DNA from: Raillietiella orientalis
Lineage: Eukaryota
Direction: 5' to 3'
NCBI GenBank assembly: GCA_036172245.1
Contig: JAYWIR010000002.1
Span: forward strand, 1,550,001-1,614,000
DNA length: 64,000 bases
The position numbers and the translations under genes are program-made. How positions within the stretch are numbered: the stretch's first letter is position 1; each line of letters starts with the position of its first letter. The notes under the pieces were generated by a model. That model was not told the origin of the DNA. It made no database searches and was given only the letters and a program-made list of their open reading frames with translations. Below are positions 26,001 to 39,390 of the stretch, one piece after another.

Positions 26001-29000
26001 TTAACATTGTAGGTGTTTGAATCCTTTTAAATGTATGAATCCATCGACAAAGGTCTCTGTACTCTTTGCTTGATTCAGTGCTAACAAAATAGATTTTTCA
26101 GCACATGTGGGATGCCATCCATCAATTCCACAAAATGTTTCTTTTTTGTCATAATAATGACATTGCTGGTTCCATCGGACAGAAGGAAGAAACTCAAAAG
26201 CATCTACAGTCTCACAGAAATTGAGCATTATCATCAATCCTGAAACCAGAAATGTGTAGATTATAAGGTAGTTTCTTGTAAGGTACTTTTCTTGAGCCTC
26301 ATGACACGTGGTATGAAAAACTGTAAAACATAGCAATAAGGAAGCTGTTTGAATATAAATTATTTCTATTAAGACACTGTATGCCAAACATTAAAAAAAA
26401 AAAAAATACCTGTAACTAAACAGAGTTATATCATAGTTGATACTGTAAATTTGTTGGTTCCCATAAACATTGCAAAGCTTGTCAAAAGTTAAGCTCCAAT
26501 TTCATGACCTGGGAATTATAAACGGTTTACATGATATTTAATTCTAATGAGCAATGGCTCACGACGATAACTAGGAAGCAATATCTTCAATGCTGAAAAT
26601 GCCCGTTTGAAACATTAAATGATACTTTAACACGAAAGGCATTCATGAAAACGCAAAATAGTTTCTTTTTTGCCTCTCCCTGCTTTCCTGGAAAACGAGG
26701 GAGACGGCAAACTTTCTTTTGCCCATACGGGGTTAATTTGTCGCCATTCTTACAACCACATTGACGGCAATTGCCAAACTTCGGCTTACAAAACACACAA
26801 GTGAAATAAACACGACTGTAACTTTCAGGCAGAACCATGGTGTTACCGCTCAAGGCATGGAAACTGCTGTTCATGTGGTCCATCGTTCAGTTATATTTGG
26901 AGAGGAAGGTAGTGAAAATATAAACTTTTGATTCCACGGCTCGTTGTCATGCAACATCAAGTTCAGCATCCGCTGCCCCTTATCGAGCTTATGAGCTTAC
27001 AGTCAAAACAGATAAAGTTCTGAAATCGTGGTTCATCCGCACGTACACACGAAATTTGCAACTGCAAAAAGGCAGATGTTCTTTCTGAAGAGGTTTGGAT
27101 CAGAGGAATTACAAGGTCGAGTATTAAGCGGGTCGCCCTTAAGAGACAGCACCCACGAGTTACATACAACATGTATCAGAATTCAAATCCATCTGTTCAT
27201 TAAAGTACAACACGGAAGTGCTGGGGTCGTGCTACGAAATACCCACCCTCAAAGACTTTCCCCGTAGGGCCGGCACCCATCGCAAAAACAGCAGCCATAA
27301 AAGAGGTATGCGATGTAACGAAGGACCAAATTCCTATTTTTGCAACTCCGCAAAACGAATTTTCTGCACTGCAATTTCGGCTTTACACGAACCGTTTACT
27401 TTGGCCCGTTCGGCCTGCGGGCGGAGTTCCGGCGACTGCCCTATGCACCCTTGGAAACGGAAGGACGCGCTCGTTCCCTCTGGGATGTCCTTGCCGGGAG
27501 GGGCGGGCGCTTCCTACCGCATGGGCGGGTATGCTTCCTTCCGGGACCCGAAGCTGGACAGGGGCACGGTTATCGCCGAAGGGCGCGTCCAGTACGGACG
27601 CACGTGGGGAGGATCCCTACTCCGGGAGTAGCGCCTCCCGGCTTGCAGCCTGGACCGGCTGGACGAAGGGGGAAGCAGGAAGGGCCGGATCAGGGGATCC
27701 CCCCCCCCGTCGAGGCACCTCTCCTGCAGTAACTGGTCGTCATCGATTGGGAGCAGCTTGCGCCTTCCCATTCAAGCATGAGACACGCGGGTCGGGAGTG
27801 CAACATGTTACCAACAAAATCAAGCACATATGCCACCACCATAATGGTAACTGGAGACGTGATTTGGATTTCCCCGGCTTGAACCAAATTCCGATTTCAT
27901 GGGGGATCTTGGGATGATTAAACTGTGCCTTCAAAATGCAATCTGTCCGTTCTTTTCTTGGAAGGATCAATCGACTCTTACAACGGGAAATTTGAATCCG
28001 TGTTCTGCTTCGATGTGTGCTAGAGTTGGCACTTGCTATTCTTAACACTCTTTCTTCTTTTCGAATATTAGTTTTCCAAATGCACTTTCATCTTCACTAA
28101 TTCATCATTATGCTTCACCAATTCATGCTGAAATCTAGAGTCCTGGCCCAACTGCATATGGAAACTTCAAAAAAATTCTGATGGGAGTGCCTCGGCCAGC
28201 AATGAAATCCAGCAAACATAAATTAATGATTCATGGAAAAACCGAGGTGGAATAAATCAATACGACGTTCGTATGAAATGGGACTAAGAGAGGACTCGCA
28301 CATTTTTATCATGACTATCTCAAACAAGACACAGCAATGAAACTTGTAAACCTCTTGAGAAAGATAGTGAATAGGAAGCAACTACAGTAGGAAAAAAAAA
28401 AAAGTGGTTTTTTTTTTTTGTTTTTTTTTTAGCACAGAGTCCATATCAAGAAACGAAGATTAGAACTGCAGGAAACAGGTGATGAATCCAGATGCCTGGA
28501 GCTTTGGTGGAGTCTCATGAGGGAACTTCACTTTGACCTTAGGCAAAAACTAAAGGCAAGTTTGTTCCCAGCGAGTGATGATGAGCACACCATCCGTTTT
28601 TCGGATCTTGTGCCCCCATTACAGGATGGAGACGATTAAGAACTTTCCGATTATTTTATCGACGTTTCGACAAAGCAATTATTTTAAATACTTGGTCCAA
28701 ATAATATGTATGCTTCACCATCGAAATTATTACTTGATGCTTATTCCAGTTGTTTCCTGATCCCGTTCCAGCTCCCCAGGTCGGACATTTCGAGTTGCGC
28801 TTTTTTCTTCCACATCCCTCGCATCGCGAATTGAGGCAGACCACTACTCCTCTCTCATGTACTCTCGTTAAGAATTCAATTTCGTATCTTTCGACGCCGG
28901 TGCAAAACAAACAAAACAAAAAAAAAAGATTCAGCTCCTCAAAATGAGAGTAAATTGAATTAAATCTCGATGTCTTTACCAATGAATCCGGACGAGGGCG

Positions 29001-32000
29001 GGTTGTGATTTTCGGCAGAATGCGCGTGGCTCAAGACTTTCTTCAGACCCCTCACAAATTCCGGGTGGACGAAATAGAACGGCTGAGAAGGAAATATGAT
29101 CCGACGTTGGAAGTAATTCAGGAAGACTTCCGAATTGCTGTTTTTGTACCACTGCATCAGAAGCCCGAGTAGAGAACATTCCCGTTTCGTTTCGGTCTTC
29201 TTACGACATCCAGATTCCCACTGTAATTCCATTCCAGCCAGGTGTACAGCGTTATGTTTTCGAACAAGGGATTCTCCAGGAAGTCGTACCTCGTGAGGAT
29301 CTGATCGTTCACCACACGCGCATCCGTTCTCTTGCCAACATCTTCTTCGAAGTTTGCTGTCGGTCCATCGTTGAATCTCATCACTTTGTCGTATCCATCT
29401 GAAGTGCATTTTGACAACGGAAACATGAAAACACGCACAATGAGTTCGCTACAGAATGTGAAGTTCAGAATTTTCTGCAATACGATTAGATTTTAATGTG
29501 GGGATGAGCAAAAAAGGTATCATCAAAAAGAATGCGTGCATAGAAATCACGTAGTTGGAAAAAAGGGAAAAAATCTCTTTCGTCGGCCGCTACGATTTCT
29601 GGCAGTTGAGGTCGAGCACGGAAATTTTCTCGAGGCTAAGTTAACGCATAGTAACGCGAAAAGGGCAGGAAATCCACACTGCAGAAAACGAAGGGCAACT
29701 CTTGGAAAAATGCATCTGAAAAAGGTGTAAAATATTTAAATGTATTCCTCATCTAGAAATGATGGCAATCGATTCACGACTGAAATCGCAGACTGAAGAG
29801 GCAACAAGGTGAAAACGAGAAAAAGGCAATACTGGTCCAATTAAGATCGAGTCGAATAGAGGGAAAGCCAAACTTCTTGCATTCCCTTTTGTGTGTTGGG
29901 AAGATACAATGGACATTATGGAGTCTAAATGTCACGAAAACCTAAATAATTCACTCATTTTCAAAACACAATGCTTGAAAAATACTATCGTTGATAACAT
30001 GCTGTTTGTTTTAGCAAATAAAGGAAAAATCTAACGAAAGGAAATCTAATAAAAGAAGGAGAAAATATCAAATGGAGTGAAAACTGCTCCAAAATCTGCC
30101 GCGTGCCAGCCCAAGGGTCGCGTGCCAAATTGGCATCAGTGACACCGATTTGCCGTACACTTTATGTAATGTTTGTAAATAGAGACGAAAAGGCGGGGGG
30201 GGGGGACCACCATATTTTGAAGAAATTCCCCCCTCCCCCCTTCGGTAATGCATGAAAATTCCGAATACATCTGTCTTCAGAATTTAGCAATTGAAATGGC
30301 ATTTGAAGTCTCCGTCACGAAAATATGCTGTCAGGAAGCACATTTTAGCGAAGGATTTCGAGCCATTTTAAAAGGTGATTAACACTATTTTAAACGATAC
30401 TTTAATAAGCTGCAATTTCTCTTAATGCACGCCATGTGTTCCGGAAGCCATCATGAAACGGGTCCTGAACGTGTGGCTCGTACTTGTGATTTCAGATTCG
30501 CACTCCCAATTCGGAATTCATACTTTCTCTTCATTTTCAGAGCTTTCATAGATGATGTTTCCCTTTTTTACGAAAAGTTTTCCCGACATTTGGAAACAAC
30601 ACTGCTCTACACATAAGGAACACATAAGAAGGTATCTGACGTGTTTGTTCCTCGCATCGCAAAACGCTGGATCCTGGTTGGAGAACTTTGATAAATCACG
30701 ATTTTGATACTTCAGACCTTTTAGAATGGACTTTTCCTCGTAGAGTTCTCCATTTCTCGTTCAAGCTGGTCGCCCTTCTCTTCCTGGCCAAACAACTTCC
30801 GGGAACGACCTGTGTTTTCTTGAGATCCGATCTGAAGCTGCTTTCAAGCGACTCTCACGTTTCTCTTTGCGTGTTGTCCAACGTGTTGTTAGGAGGAGCT
30901 GCTGTCGATAGAAATTCGCTCCAGTGGAGGAGAAGAACATGTAGAATCATTGAAGAAAGTTTGAAAGTATAGGGCAATCCAGTAGTTCAGGGAACAGAAG
31001 AATGCAATTGGGCCTAGACGAAAAAACAAAAACAAAAGCAAATGCGTGCTTCATGGGCAGTGTGACCTTTGACTAATTCAGATGCGACCGTGAGCAGCAG
31101 AAGACCAACAGAATCAAGAAATCTGAAGGTTTAAGCAGAGCCATTCCGTAACAAGACTGCGTGTTTTTTTTGTTTTTTTTAAATTTGTCAAATCACTGAT
31201 CAGATGTTAATCTTTATTACTAACAAGAAATTTCGCGAAACGTTCTTTTGTCTTTCAGAGAAGGACGGTCCGATGGTCGGTTACGTAGGTACAGTGGGGG
31301 AACAGCTGAGAAGGCAATATATTAGCTAGCTGGATTTACACAACGCCCTATCAAAACTTTGATCCTATCAAAACATCGATGCCAGGACAATCACGTAGTC
31401 TCTGGAAGTGTATTTAGTAATGTGTATTCGCCACAGAGCAATCGACTTTTTTTTTTGGTGTTGTTTCAAATCTTGCTGTGAGGCAAATAAGCGCGAACCT
31501 CAATACAAAACAGCAGGGGAGACATGTCAAGTGAAAATACATTCTGAGGTCTTTAATCAAGGTCCAATGTAATTAAGAAGGGCCGAGGTCTAAGTCAATC
31601 ACAATGCTCATCAAACTCATCAAAGAAACGATAGCTCACAGGGGAAGAGAGCGGATGAGGTAAAGAAGGAGAGAGGGGGGGATGGGGATGGGTGATGGTT
31701 TTCAAAATACAGAAGAAATTAAACGAGGCACAATTACAAACCGTATATTTGTCTTGGCACCACTGATTTGAAAAATCAAATTTCAAGTTCGGACGGTGAT
31801 CTGTCGTGGTACATAGAAAGCTCGACGTAGCAAAAGAGGCAAGCCATTAAAGTTCGAGCAAGTTGAGATGCATGACTGGTTGACGACACATTTAGCAGAT
31901 CTCTCAGATGAATTACGACCCGAGGCACGCGTATAAGCGATATAATGGCAACAGGCACATATCCATAACAATAAATACTGCATCGATTTAACAGTGATGC

Positions 32001-32742
32001 AATGCAATCAAGGTAGCCAATACTTTAATAACTAACAGTCACTGACAATTTTCGGATCTTTTCAGAATAGTTAATGATCTTACACTGCATTCGCTTTGTC
32101 TCTTTCTCTTTCAAAAGATCACCTACCTATGCGACGCTTTAATTGTGATCCCAGCAAAGATCCAGAATTGCTTATTACTGCGCACCTTTTTTCTTGCCGC
32201 TTCGCCTCAATTTTGGGAAAGTAATGGCTAAGATTGAGTGATACGAAAGGTTCAGTATTTGAATTCAAGAACTGCAAGTCAATGGCCTTCAATGAACAGT
32301 ACATTTTTTTAATATAGTCATTGTTTTTGTTCTTACTAGGTGGTGAAACATGTCCAGGCTTTTCTCTCAAGATTTTTTCGCTTTTCAGAAAACAGTATCT
32401 AAGAAATGCTTCCAGCCTTCTCTTGTGCATATAAACCCAGATCTTATTAGCCCTCGACGAATACGTGGTTCTGTTGGCGAGAATCCGGATTTTGTAATGT
32501 AAGGAATTGAAGTCATTTGTTTTCGATTTCTGCTCGTATGCAATGAGGTGGGAAAAGTTCCTAAAGGCTTTAGCACTAATCACAGTGTCCCAAAATTGGC
32601 GGACAGTGAAGAAAACATTTGCACACAAGCCGATGAACAGGAGGGAGATCAGCACTGCAGCATAGTTACCTGCTATGGCCATTCTGTAGGAATTGTGATT
32701 TTTCGATAGGTAGCGCAAGGATTGGGAAACAGAACTGGCCAT
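26001..32742 (-). CDS. Sialyltransferase, GT29 family, ST6Gal-like; 4 coding exons
   Basis: Exons 32742-32127 (type II TM anchor; RCAVISNSGSL), 29398-29205 (DKVMRFNDGPT..DVGKRT, sialylmotif L), 29151-28980 (NPPSSGFI), 26239-26001 (GLMIMLNFC, motif S; CHYYD, motif III; WHPTCAEK, motif VS). Confidence 0.93.
30095..30160 (-). mobile_element. Possible hAT-type MITE terminal fragment in a sialyltransferase intron
   Basis: The minus strand reads gtgtacggcaaatc..tgccaatttggcacgcgacc..ggcacgcg, resembling the GGCACGCG-rich subterminal motifs of some hAT elements. No partner end found. Confidence 0.3.
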
Positions 32743-33076
32743 CTAGAAGTCATAACATGAAGATGGGGGGATGCACTTGTCTAAAAAAAAGATCAAACAT
32801 GTCTAAACAGTAGCAGCAGCATCCAATTGCATCACACACACACACAACAGCTAAGGGGAGAGCATTTCTCGTCTTTCATGATGACTTTCATCGCTGGGAT
32901 TCATGGAGGAGGAGTTTGTCGAACAAGTGCCATGGCACTTGTTCGACAAACTTCTACATGCCTTTGCTCGCGTTATCTTAACCGTCAAAGGAACGACATC
33001 TGCTCCAAAGGGTTGAGTCTACGAATTTTGATATTCGTCGAGTCTGAAGCCCGTCGTCAGAGTTGAGGGTGTACGT

Positions 33077-33099
33077 AAAAAAAAAAAAAAAAAAAAAAA
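33077..33099. repeat. Poly(A) tract
   Basis: Run of about 23 A upstream of the first sialyltransferase coding exon. Confidence 0.8.
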
Positions 33100-33684
33100 T
33101 GCTGTACCTGAAAGCGAAATGTACGAAAATAACAATTTTAAACCATAGAAGTCAAAGTAGTGCATTTGTGTAGCATACAGCGCATTTTCTTCCATTTGAA
33201 ATCAGCATTTTCATACATACATACATATATATGATGAAAGTCATTTACTTTTGTGCACATAATAACAAATTGATGTAGTTGAAAAGGAAACCATCATGAA
33301 AGAAAAAAAAAAAAAAATGAAATCTACCATCCACACTTTAATACTCGATTCAGCTGTGCTCGAATAGCAATCCTCATTGCTCGAATTCCAGGATTCTATT
33401 TCACCCTTTTTCACTTTCCTTTGATTCCCTAATGGTAGCACAGATTGGTGATGGACGCATGTGCCGAATAGTGAAACAGTAATCCTGATCTAACATTTCT
33501 TAGTGAGCTATTGCATCTTCCTATAACCACAGAACGGAATCGTCAGCCGTTTGTAATTATTAAATAAAATTGAGAAATGTAGTAGGAAATGCAGTTACAG
33601 TAGATGTTTTATTTTTTTACTTTATTTATGTTTTATTTTGAGGATGATGGAAATCCTTCTTTTCTGTCCTCGCAGTTCTTCGAC

Positions 33685-34428
33685 ATGGTTCCACGCCACC
33701 CGAGGGTAGGTAATTCTTCAAGATAGGGGGTGCTCCGGGAGGGGTCCGCCCTAAGTATCAAGGAGTCCTTCCTTGATACTTAGGGCGTGAAAGGAACGGA
33801 CTCAGAGTCCGTTCCTTTCACGCCTAGGGAGGGATGCCCGGAAATGGAGATCACCTCCACCCTGGTTGTCTCCGAAAGGGAATCCAGAAGGGAAATCTCC
33901 TTCCTTATTCTTTCCGAAAAGACGCTTCGAGGGGTCCGCTCCAGTTTTTCTTCCCTGAAGGGAACCCGGAGAGGATCCCCCTCAAGGGATCCGCTCCTGT
34001 TTTTACTCCTCTGAAGAGAACCCCGAAGCGACGCTTCCGAAATTCAGAAGGACGCAGCTTCCCCGAAGGGATCGGCTTGCGTCTCTGAACTCTCTGCAGA
34101 GGTGGTGGCGACACACCTACTCCGTCAGTACGACGCGGAGGGTCCCACCGGAATGGGGGGTCCGTTCCTTCACAACCGGAGGGGGAGCTCCCCACTCCTT
34201 GATTCCTGGAAGGACCCGAAGGTCGACTCCCATTTGTCCCGGTCCCCATCGGGGGGGGCATCCGGTTTCAACAGCTACCAGTGCCGCACCCGGATGAATG
34301 GAGACCAACGAGCATCATCTTGAGGGGTGAACTCGGAACCCACGACTCAATGCTTCGATTCCTTCGGAGTATTCGGACCCATGACGCTTGGTGCCGCCAC
34401 GCGTGGACATCACCGTAACCACACGGCT
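33685..34428 (-). mobile_element. Near full-length copy of the same structured repeat family, reverse orientation
   Basis: The reverse complement shares blocks with 47900-48697: atgggagtcgaccttcgggtccttccaggaat, tttcggaagcgtc..ttcgggg, ttcggagacaaccagggtgg, gaagaattac. Head reads gccgtgtggttacgg..gggtccgaatactcc. Confidence 0.85.
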
Positions 34429-35546
34429 AAAAAAAAAACGCTCTTCCTGGATCTCATTTGCTTCTTGTAGCATCTCTTTTGTCTTTTTCTAGTGTTTCAA
34501 ACGGATGACATACCAGATGGTACGACCTTTGTTTTTCTTAAGAAAAAAGTTCTTTTGAAATCCTCGGTTGTCTAATCCGAAGCAACAAATTACGAGAGCA
34601 TTTTTTTTTTTTTTTTCTGTGAAAATTCTATGATTGCCAATAGAATCGTAAAAAACAAAATTGCGATCGTAACACTTAGCAGACTACCTATCCGAACACT
34701 ATTTAAGAATACAAAACGTCTCTGAATTTCCACGATTGGTTCTGCTTTGCTAGTCTTTCTGGTTTCGATAATATTATAAGGGTCGATCGACTCCCACTTT
34801 CAAAGTCGCCTCAAACATTGGCCTCATGAAGAATGCTCTCTTCACCGACAACCCGATGGTATTCTTCACTTCATGCACCAAGCCTGGATAAGCCACAGGT
34901 ACTCTCACACCACTGTATGGAAATGGGTTCATGCTTTTCTTTCTATCCCTCCATCTTTTCTTTTCTACCCGCTGTGCTTTGCATTCACCAACTTTACCGA
35001 TGACAATTTGCGAGATCTGTAGTTTCGTCAATCCGGGACAATTGGAACACGAGCAATTTGATGAACTTTGATCCCTACTTAGAATTGAGAGTTCGAATTA
35101 AGAGCAAAACTTTCAGCGTTCGAGGAAAAGAGTTTCATGAAAGTTTTCAATGAATTCTACAGCCTTCATTATTTTCTTCCGTTCACTTGACTTTTGTCGT
35201 TCCAAGAACCATTCTCCCATGGCTCATCCAACCACACTGCTCATATGTGCTTCAGCTAACACAACCAGCAAGAAGTACACTTCATATGTAAAGAGTATGG
35301 TTTTCGAATTCAGATAAAAATTTCCATTTCACATCTGTAATGGTTAATATGACACATCAGTTACAGTTGCCCGTATCCATCAAGCACTTGTGAATCCTTG
35401 CTGCTGTTGCATTGCTGTTTTGAGGATATCTCGCAAGTTGAAGTTTGATTTTTCCTTTTTCATACATCACCTCCTCCTCAGGCATAGTACATGATAACTA
35501 ATTCCATATTACTTCCAAAAACTGTTCATCAGTTTTCACATTTTTG

Positions 35547-35586
35547 AATTTTAGTTAGCCTAATTTAAATTAGGCTAACTAAAATT
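35547..35586. repeat. Perfect 40-bp palindrome
   Basis: AATTTTAGTTAGCCTAATTT|AAATTAGGCTAACTAAAATT, no spacer. Confidence 0.95.
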
Positions 35587-38500
35587 AGCTGAACCATGAA
35601 ATTCCTCTTATAAGATTCCTTGAATGAGTTTGTCCGTCGACTGAAAGAACCACAAGATCTTCATAGACCTCAATCCATTTTCGTTTCGCCTCGGTACATA
35701 TTCTTTTACTTAACTTCAATCCCCATTCTATTCTTCGAAGTTGTATGCTTCTCTTGCCAAAGAGTCCCGACTATTGCAAAATTCTTGGATGTCTTCACTT
35801 TCAGCCGGAGGGGAGATCCATCGCAGGCTTTTTATTAAAATCTTATCCAAGTGATGACCACCAGTGCTCTCCATCCTCACCACTAAAGGCATGCTCACTG
35901 ATTTTTTTGCCTCCATAGTATCATTCCAGACTGATAGTTCAACTGCTGCATATCTTGGACCCATCTATGTGGGTGCTTATTCACAAAACAACGGAAGCTC
36001 ACTTACTGATTCGTGCGATTATCTTTTGGCAGTCGCAGAAATTGTTACAAATGGCTACGATAAGGAACGTTGAAATCCTACTAATTAAGGAATCCACAAC
36101 TTTCACCGTTCGTTCCTATCAAACAGTATGGGACTGATATGTAATTGATATGCAATTGAATGGCGTGAAAACATCTTCTATGATGAGGTCAATTCCAAGG
36201 AAAGACGGGATGACAAACTTGTTTCAAAGTTCGTCCTCCCGACATCTGACATTTCCGTTTTCGAAAATTCGGTCCCATGAGAAGAGCTTTTGAGAGGGAT
36301 GCTGCGAAAATTCGAATTATTTTTTTTTGGGGGGGGCCGTCAACAAGAAACGTGGATGACTATCTGCTCATTTTCTTTTCGGAACAAGCACCGCGCAAGA
36401 ACAATTGAGAACAAATGCAACACATACGTACAATTAATTGGTCACCTCCGAAAAGCATCCCCTGCGGAATCCGAGCCCAGGCACGCAAGTCAAGTACAAG
36501 TTGCGTACACTGCTTTCGTACTTTTGCTGGGAAAACCTTCCCAAGTGGCTCTGCCTGGATGCTCCCAGGCAGAGGCAGATCGATATTCGCACGGATGGGA
36601 GGAGTATCGTGCATAGCCCCTTCCCCTCAGTTCGGGAATTCAAAAATAATTCGAATCCTCACCGTGCAAACTGTCCTTCTTGAAAATCCTGCTGCAATGC
36701 CCTGCGTGAAACTTGCCGTGGCAAATCGGCACAGAGAGGCCATCAACACGCGTTCGGACGTTTGACTGACCTCACGATTCTCGTTATTTTCCTTTTCATG
36801 ATTTACAACACATCCATGAAAGCAATAAAAGCAGTCCGTGCTGCCCATAATCATTTTCATCATTTTAAAGTTTTGCGATTCTTCAAAAAGTACTGATTAT
36901 TTAAGAGTATGCGCTTCAGTGAAAGACAAGGGAGCATTGTGTTTGCAACCCCTAATGTATTAAGGGACGCAGCCTCGATCCTTCCGATCTTCTTTTCGTT
37001 TCATCTTTTTTTCAAGTAGCATTACCTTTGCAGCACCTTTCTGAGTGAAATTCTTGGGTTTATCCACCAAGGAAAATGTGTGTGTGCTTCGGAGATTCTT
37101 TAAAAGATTCTTCTAGCACCAGCAGCAGACATACGTGTGCTCAGAAGTGGAGAAGCAAATTTCCGAAATATGAAGGGAAGATCCCGGTCCTGCAAACACG
37201 GGAACGGCGTCACTTCTAGAAAATGGGCTCGTGCCTCCGATGTAGAAAACACGTATAATAGATTTTCATACGCCGTGAACAGTATTTGTATACAAATCCT
37301 TGGGAATTTTGCACAGACTTTTTTTTTTTTCTTTTTTGCAGGAATACGAAATACCGTAAACAGAATGGAGGTTTCGTAGACAAAAAAAAAAAAAAAGGCT
37401 GAGAGCTGAGTCGTGCCAAATGAGATTGTGCTATCCGATAGAAAACATCAAAGTCCAAATTTTGGCAGCTTACAAGATTTTCAAACTCCTGCGTAGTTGT
37501 TTTGATGAAACGCTCCCTCTCCATGCTAACTGAATGGCAAGCAAACTCCGGACTAAAGGAAAGATGCTAGAGAAGAGCTTTCGTGGCCTTCCATCGTTGT
37601 GTGACGTCTTTTTTTGTTTTTTTTTTTTTTACAGATGCGATGCTGGAGACGAGGCTCAACTCAGTCTCCAAATGGATCAGCGGATTTGAAGGTTCCGTTT
37701 TAGGGACGAAAAGAGAGATTTTCCGCAACGTTTTTGTTTTTGTGAAAAAAAGGCGTCAATAAAAAAAAAAAAAAAAAAAGAATCGTTTTCGAATCATTTG
37801 ATGGCTAAATGCTACTTGAGAATTCGTGCGAATGGAATGTTTCTACTTGCATCACACGAATCCCCCCACAGACACTGAGGGCTGGATGGGTGCTGACATA
37901 AGATTTTTCCGCAGACCCATTCATTTCCCCTAATTAAACAGATTACATCTTGAGTTTCCAACGTGAAACAATTTGGTTCTTAACGATATTATATCGTGGC
38001 AAAAAAAAAAAAACAATTTGTTAAATGAGCTGCGGAAGTGAATGCCTATAAAAGATTGTGAAAGCTAATGAATGAGCCTTTCATTCATATACATAATGCT
38101 GCATAAAGGCAAGAAAATCCTTACCTTCCCCCAGGTTGAACAACCGAGTTCTGCTTATCCGGAAAAAAAAAAAAAAACTGCTGCGAAGATATGTTACCCC
38201 TTTCAGGCTTTAATAAAAATCAGTAAATGATAAACTGGAGATGCACAGGCAGCAGTTAATTTGTGCGGAGAACCAAAGATGTTGACTGAATACTAAAATA
38301 CAATTCATTCAGATATCAGTGATCCAACCCGTTCAAGAAGAGAAAGGAGGAGGAGATTCGGAAAACGGGAGATTCGATGAGATTTCAACGTTATCTTTAA
38401 AAGATAAATCACGTGCCTTTTCAGTTAACCTATTCTTCTAAGGTTTTGAATTCCATAAAGGAGTAGATTTCCAGATAAAAGTTATTCCATCAAAATACTG

Positions 38501-39207
38501 CCATCTCTTGATATTTCATTATGGATAGCTTGAGATGTCGAATTGGTTCAGCTAATCAGGAAAATTCGGAATCGCCCTTTCCAAGTGACATGAACGAGTT
38601 TTTCGTATTTAAAGTAAATTTGTATTACTTCACATCATGTTTTAAGAACATCTACATTTGTAATTTTAAATTCATTTTTGAGAGTATAATAACATGGAGA
38701 GTAATGTAATAATAATGTGGGAGTAAAATAATATGGAGACCCTACACATGGAATACTTCGACATTCCGACATTCCTAACTTAAGGATTATGTGAAAAACC
38801 ATACTTTGGGTATTACGAACTGAGATGAGAATCTAAAAAGATTAATGAAATGTGAGTAAAGGTGTAGCTAATCGCAAGACACAGTAAATCAGCTTTAGGA
38901 AGAGAAAAAAAAAAAAACCTTTGAACCTGAATCCAAGTATGTATCGGCAGAAAAACAACCAACGATATTCATTTGGAGATACTAACATAAGTTGTGATGT
39001 GTACATTAGATTGATGGCGGCCTATATGACATCGTTCCAAAACTCCGTATGCTTACGGGAAAATCGGTGTTCTACAAGCATACGGATTTGTGCACACTTT
39101 GGATGACTGGGGATTTGTGTACACTTTTCGGCCTTTGGCTTGCGGCCAAAAGACCGAAAGGAGATACACGTTTGTGTACAAGAATGGGAAGAAGTATTAC
39201 CATTTCA

Positions 39208-39390
39208 GGAGTCACGATGATTTCCTCGATGGTTGCAGCGGAGCTTTGGAACAAAGGTTGAGTTCTTCTGCGGCCCAAGTGGCAGCAGAAAGAGCAGTGG
39301 TGCTCAGTTGTGCAAAGATCGCTGCAGCGACACGTCAGGGTGACGCGAAACGGCGAATGTGGCGGCGTCGACGATGGCGCGCCTTCCTCA
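39208..39390 (+). repeat. Left arm of a ~180-bp inverted repeat (partner 41510-41689)
   Basis: ggagtcacg..gatcgctgcagcgacacgtcagggtgacgcgaaacggcgaatgtggcggcgtcgacgatggcg..ccttcctca is the reverse complement of 41510-41689, with a core of about 60 bp identical. Confidence 0.9.

Noticed and set aside
34008-34050. Hammerhead-like CTGAAGA..GAAA inside the structured repeat
   Set aside because: Stems I and II do not pair properly, and GAAA or the core is lost in the 55.5 and 10.4 kb copies.
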